From an uncultured Acidobacteriota bacterium (GTDB lineage: Bacteria > Acidobacteriota > Terriglobia > Acidiferrales > UBA7541): a DNA stretch of 64,000 bases. Position numbers and translations under genes: made by a program. Shown here piece after piece: positions 59,789 through 64,000 of this stretch. Within the stretch, counting starts at the first letter, position 1; every line of letters begins with the position of its first letter. The notes under the pieces are model-generated. The model was not told the origin of the DNA and did no database searches. It saw only the letters and a program-made list of their open reading frames with translations. The DNA is taken from contig CAVPLA010000011.1 of the NCBI GenBank assembly GCA_963705855.1, positions 18,247 to 82,246 on the forward strand, given 5' to 3'.

Positions 59789-61381
59789 CTAGACTGCCTT
59801 TCTGAAAGTTAATCCTAACAGGATAGCGGAAACCAGCACGCAGAGCCAAGCGAACCAATCACCGAAACGCGTGTAGAGAGTTTTGTCGGTGCGGAAATCG
59901 TACGGCAAATCAGCCGCAGCGCGGACATCCGGCGGCATCGGACGGAGAATCCGGCCATACGGATCGATCGAAACGGTGATGCCGCTGTTGGTTGTGCGCA
60001 CGATCCAACGGCGATTTTCGACGGCCCGGACACGCGCCATGCGGAGGTGCTGCTCGGCGGCGGCAGAGTGCCCGAACCAGCCATCATTCGAAATATTGAC
60101 AAAGAGCTGGGCCCCGTTGGCGGCGAATCGTCGAATCTCGGCGGGATAGATCGCTTCGTAGCAGATGAACACGCCAAACGTGTTCCCGTTCGGAAACTGG
60201 CCGACGGAGTATTTGGTGCCCTTGCGAAAGCCGCCGACTTCACTGGAGACGTTGCTCACCACGCGATGGATGAGTGGAAACGGTTCGTACTCGCCGAACG
60301 GAACAAGATGGACTTTGTCGTAGGAGAAATCTCGGTGTCCCTGCGCGTCAAACATCAGTGCGCTGTTGTAGGGCGCCATGATCTCGTGAGTTTTTCCTCC
60401 CGTGGAAACAGTCTCCGGTTTCCACTCCACCACGCCAACGATGAAGGGATGCTGGAAGCGAACGGCCACGCTGGAAGCCAAATAAGCGAATTGCGAATCC
60501 TGAAACGAAAAAGGAGCGGGGGCTTCCGGCCATACCAGGAGATCAGGATGGTGTGGCGAAGGCGCGAGACTTAGGCGCTGTATCTCGGCCAGATCGGAAG
60601 CATGCTGCGTGAACCAATCGTTCGAGTACTCCTGCGCTTCGGGAAAGTTGACTTGCACAGCGCGCGCGGTGTGATTTGCGGCTGGCGTTGGCACCAGCCG
60701 GGGCCCTGCGATCATCACCACGAGGACCAGCGCCGCAGCACTGAGCAGAATCGTGAGCCGCCGCTTTGACGAATACTTCGTATCCGCGTCGCTCCATGCA
60801 AGAAGCGCATTGAACGCAGCAACGAGAAACGACAAGCCATAGATTCCTGTAATCGCCGTGAGCTGCACAAGCGCAATATTTGCAGAGGCTGGATAGCCAA
60901 GCAGGTTCCACGGAAAACTGATTTCCGGCAGCCAAGTGCGAAACATCTCGAGCGAAACCCAAAGGAAGGGCGCGCCGAAACAAGCAAGCGTGATACTCCG
61001 CAGCGAAAGCCGGTTGATCACCCAAGTGACCGCGCCGTTCGCCGCCGCCCAAACCGACGCAATCAGCAGTAAAACGCTCCATCCGCCTGCGCGAGAGAGC
61101 CCGCCATGCACGGAGAGCGTTTCCGCGATCCATGGGACAGACGTCAGCACAAAACAGATGCCGTGCAGGAATCCGCAGGCGTACGCCACGCGCGGACTCG
61201 CGCCGAAAAGCGCTATCAACAAAATGCCCAAGCATACCCAGGAATAAATGCCGAGGTAAAAGCCAGTGTAGGAAAACGAGAGGGCCGCGCCGGAAACCGC
61301 GGCGATAAAAAGCCTGAGCCAGGCAGGAGTTTCACTTCCGGGATGCGGACGAAAATAGCCGAGCCACGGACGCCCAGGCAT
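59789..61381 (-). CDS. lnt: apolipoprotein N-acyltransferase
   Basis: N-terminal TM helices plus a CN-hydrolase domain (ICYEAIYP, NISNDGWFG). TGATG overlap with the upstream SPOR gene. Confidence 0.9.
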   Translation of the reverse strand: MPGRPWLGYFRPHPGSETPAWLRLFIAAVSGAALSFSYTGFYLGIYSWVCLGILLIALFGASPRVAYACGFLHGICFVLTSVPWIAETLSVHGGLSRAGGWSVLLLIASVWAAANGAVTWVINRLSLRSITLACFGAPFLWVSLEMFRTWLPEISFPWNLLGYPASANIALVQLTAITGIYGLSFLVAAFNALLAWSDADTKYSSKRRLTILLSAAALVLVVMIAGPRLVPTPAANHTARAVQVNFPEAQEYSNDWFTQHASDLAEIQRLSLAPSPHHPDLLVWPEAPAPFSFQDSQFAYLASSVAVRFQHPFIVGVVEWKPETVSTGGKTHEIMAPYNSALMFDAQGHRDFSYDKVHLVPFGEYEPFPLIHRVVSNVSSEVGGFRKGTKYSVGQFPNGNTFGVFICYEAIYPAEIRRFAANGAQLFVNISNDGWFGHSAAAEQHLRMARVRAVENRRWIVRTTNSGITVSIDPYGRILRPMPPDVRAAADLPYDFRTDKTLYTRFGDWFAWLCVLVSAILLGLTFRKAV

Positions 61382-62046
61382 CAGTGCTTGACGATGGCCT
61401 TGAAGCCGGCCACCTCGAGACCTTTCCTAGCGTTGTCGACCGCTTTCTGGTCGGCATACGGACCAACCAGCACGTGGTAATACTTATCGCCCTGCGGCGA
61501 CTGCACGAAGGTTGGGAAATTTTTCTTGCGCAGGGTATTCGCCAGCGCCATCGCGTCCGATTCTTTGGTGAGCGCGGCAACTTGTAAGCTGGTGCCTCCG
61601 CCGGCGCTGAGAGGCGCGACACCAATGGTCTTCGAAATCGCGCTGGACTGTTGCTTCATTGGATTGCCGCTTTTTCCCACGGCGGACGTTGCGGAAGGGT
61701 TTATCGAAGGAGATGCCACCGGTTTCAGATGATCGTCGGTCTTGTTCGAATCGCCGGCGTGGTAAAACTCCCAGTCGGAATTTGCAGGGGTCGGTGTCTC
61801 GGCTTGGAATTCGGGGGCTGGCTTTTTGTTCGAAGGCTTCGGCGCAACTTCGGGTTTCGGCAAAACGGTCGAGTCCCGGAAGTCATGCAGGTTCGTTGAC
61901 GCTCGCACCTGGCCGTCACGTCCCATGACGTAACCCAACGTAAAGAACAAGCCCGAAAACAACAGCATCAGCATGAACAAGCCGATGACGTGCCGTCCTT
62001 CGAGCACTCGCTCTCCGGCGCTCCCTCGTTTTCCCCCAGAAGCCAT
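61381..62046 (-). CDS. SPOR domain-containing membrane protein
   Basis: One TM helix and a low-complexity linker. The C-terminal SPOR-like segment reads LQVAALTKESDAMALANTLRKKNFPTFVQSPQGDKYYHVLVGPYADQKAVDNARKGL. Confidence 0.8.
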   Translation of the reverse strand: MASGGKRGSAGERVLEGRHVIGLFMLMLLFSGLFFTLGYVMGRDGQVRASTNLHDFRDSTVLPKPEVAPKPSNKKPAPEFQAETPTPANSDWEFYHAGDSNKTDDHLKPVASPSINPSATSAVGKSGNPMKQQSSAISKTIGVAPLSAGGGTSLQVAALTKESDAMALANTLRKKNFPTFVQSPQGDKYYHVLVGPYADQKAVDNARKGLEVAGFKAIVKH

Positions 62047-62048
62047 TC

Positions 62049-62822
62049 TTACTTTTTCGATCCCCCTAACGCTTGTACCCAGCTATTAATGATATCGATG
62101 GGCAGGGGGAAAACAATCGTTGTGTTCTTCTCGACACCTATCTCGGTCAAAGTCTGCAGGTAGCGCAGCTGGATTGCGGAAGACTGTGTCTCCAAAACTT
62201 TCGCGGCATCGGCGAGTTTTTGCGATGCTTCGAATTCGCCCTGGGCGTGAATGACCTTGGCGCGGCGCTCGCGCTCTGCTTCGGCTTGCTTCGCGATAGC
62301 GCGCTGCATCTGTTCGGGAATGTCGACTTGCTTCACTTCCACCTTGGACACCTTGATGCCCCAAGGCTCTGTGTCCTGATCGAGGATCACCTGCAGTTTG
62401 GCATTCACCCTATCGCGCTGCGAGAGAATTTCATCGAGCTCGAATTGGCCGACGATGCTGCGAAGCGTGGTTTGTGCAAGCTGCGAAGTGGCGTATTGAT
62501 AATTCTGTACTTGAGACATTGCGAGATTGGCGTCCACCACGCGAAAGTAACAAACGGCGTTCACTTTCACAGAAACGTTATCGCGCGTGATAATATCTTG
62601 CGGCGGAACGTCAAGCGTTTCGAGCCGCAGGTTGATGCGGTAGAGTGTTTCGATGGGCCAAAAAACCAGATTTATGCCCGCGCCTTTGGCCTCAGGCAGC
62701 AATCGTCCCAGCCGCAGGACCACGCCGCGTTCCCACTCCTTAATGATGTAGAGCGAATTCCAAAACCAAATCAGAAAGATCCCGACGATCAACGCAGCCC
62801 CAAGAAGACCGAACTCTGGCAT
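62049..62822 (-). CDS. SPFH/Band 7 (stomatin-like) protein
   Basis: N-terminal TM segment. EWERGVVLRLGRL...ITRDNVSVKVNAVCYFRV is the typical SPFH core, followed by a coiled-coil AEAERERRAKV. Confidence 0.9.
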   Translation of the reverse strand: MPEFGLLGAALIVGIFLIWFWNSLYIIKEWERGVVLRLGRLLPEAKGAGINLVFWPIETLYRINLRLETLDVPPQDIITRDNVSVKVNAVCYFRVVDANLAMSQVQNYQYATSQLAQTTLRSIVGQFELDEILSQRDRVNAKLQVILDQDTEPWGIKVSKVEVKQVDIPEQMQRAIAKQAEAERERRAKVIHAQGEFEASQKLADAAKVLETQSSAIQLRYLQTLTEIGVEKNTTIVFPLPIDIINSWVQALGGSKK

Positions 62823-62849
62823 GTTTATCCTCCTAAACGTGAACGCATT

Positions 62850-64000
62850 CTACTTGTTTTCCGTGACTGCCGCTTCCTCCGGCTCAACGTGAAGCTTCAA
62901 GCCTTCCACTCTGCGGACTCGCACGGGCTTCCCTTCCGACACCGCACGCGGGGAGACGGCTTGCCACAGCTCGCCATGGACGCGAATCATTCCTTCCGCG
63001 CCGGCGCCCAAACCGGAGATGGCAATTCCCTCTTCACCAATCAGCTCTTCCCTTCCCGTCGTCGATTTCCACGAACGTGAACGCAGCACGAGCCGCATCA
63101 GAAATACTGTAATCAGCGCAAAGGGCAGCGTCGCCGCTAGTGCGACACCCAGACTCACGCCACCCGAAGTCAGCGGCGAACGGATCAGAAACATCGCGCC
63201 AAGTATCATCGAAACGATGCCGCCGATGGCGAGGACGCCGTGGCTTGTGAACTTCGCCTCCAAAATAAATAACGCGAGCGCCAAGAGTATCAGCAGAACT
63301 CCCGCGAAATTCACGGGCAAAATGTGCATCGCATAGAGCGCCAGTACCGCGCAGATACCTCCGATCACGCCGGGCGCGATCATCCCCGGGTGCGTAAACT
63401 CGGTATACAAACCGAGCACGCCAACCATCAGAAGTACAAAGAAAACATCGGGCTCCACGATGCGCGCGAGAAAGCTCTGACGAGCGGAAAGTTTGAAGGG
63501 AACAGTCGAGGCATTCTTCAGCGCTAGAACTGTTTTCGTATCGTCGAAACGTGTGATCGTGCGGCCGTCCAGTTGATGCAAAAGATCTTCGGGAGAAGAC
63601 GCGATCAAGTCGATCAGCTTCCCGTCCAGCGCCTCCTTTTCCGTAAACGCTTTTGCGTCTGTCACCGCCGTTTCCGCGAGCACTGGATTCCGGCCGCGCT
63701 TCTCCGAGTAGCTCCGTAAAAATGCCGTAGTATCGTTGAACAATTTCCTGCGCATGGTCTCGTCAATTTGCAACTGAAATCCGCCGATCGCAACCACAGG
63801 AGACGCCGCGCCTGTGTGAGTCGCCGGAGCCATGGCCGCGATGTCCGCGGAAAGGAGTATGAAGAATCCCGCCGAAGCGCCCCGTGCACCCGTGGGCGAT
63901 ACGTAAACCGCCACCGGCACTGGCGACTCCAAAATATGCTGGATGATGTCCTTCATCGACTCGCCCAGTCCTCCGGGCGTATCCATGGTGATTAGAACAA
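62850..64000 (-). CDS. NfeD family membrane-bound ClpP-class protease, 5'-truncated by window edge
   Basis: The frame is open to base 64000 (..VLITMDTPGGLGESM, a ClpP-like motif). It has a central 4-5 TM block and a C-terminal NfeD OB domain (IRVHGELWQAVS). Pairing with a downstream SPFH gene is the classic arrangement. Confidence 0.88.
   Translation of the reverse strand, partial: VLITMDTPGGLGESMKDIIQHILESPVPVAVYVSPTGARGASAGFFILLSADIAAMAPATHTGAASPVVAIGGFQLQIDETMRRKLFNDTTAFLRSYSEKRGRNPVLAETAVTDAKAFTEKEALDGKLIDLIASSPEDLLHQLDGRTITRFDDTKTVLALKNASTVPFKLSARQSFLARIVEPDVFFVLLMVGVLGLYTEFTHPGMIAPGVIGGICAVLALYAMHILPVNFAGVLLILLALALFILEAKFTSHGVLAIGGIVSMILGAMFLIRSPLTSGGVSLGVALAATLPFALITVFLMRLVLRSRSWKSTTGREELIGEEGIAISGLGAGAEGMIRVHGELWQAVSPRAVSEGKPVRVRRVEGLKLHVEPEEAAVTENK

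Noticed and set aside
62073-63080. 335-aa plus-strand ORF across the SPFH/NfeD genes.
   Set aside because: It is a shadow ORF. The minus strand encodes clear SPFH and NfeD proteins in the classic operon order.

Overview
The window reads as a chromosomal segment from an Acidobacteria-like genome. That assignment is inferred from family content: two MacB/FtsX 'ADOP'-type permeases, one paired with a PadR regulator, and two acidobacterial VWFA-type secreted proteins. The sequence is moderately GC-rich and densely coding. I found no rRNA, tRNA, CRISPR array, transposase, integrase or phage genes.

Most genes are housekeeping or envelope functions:
- Right-hand minus-strand run: nfeD-SPFH-SPOR-lnt-prfB, then metK and ahcY, a lipoprotein pair, tldD-pmbA, gltB and a LysR regulator.
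- Left half: PadR/ABC efflux modules, two different patatin-like lipases, cytochrome P460, a Crp/Fnr regulator, peptidase Dcp and a PiT phosphate transporter.

The most unusual locus is a two-gene mutagenesis cassette at 38.5-43.8 kb, made of a DinB-like Y-family polymerase and DnaE2, with no imuA.
- The dnaE2 ORF is bracketed exactly by a 22-bp inverted repeat (20/22 complementary).
- Pieces of the same intergenic repeat family appear to be inserted in frame inside dnaE2.
- The cassette has a strong promoter and a long structured leader.

Other points worth a second look:
- A patatin lipase split by a ~10-TM insertion sits divergent to a dual-PilZ/zinc-ribbon protein.
- An ArsR-family regulator is frameshifted.
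- A tandem pair of DGDG-motif lipoprotein paralogs shows two frame disruptions, one at a C6 tract.
- Two PadR genes have promoter-overlapping inverted repeats.
- prfB carries the classical +1 programmed frameshift.

All functional calls come from motif recognition by eye; no database search was run.
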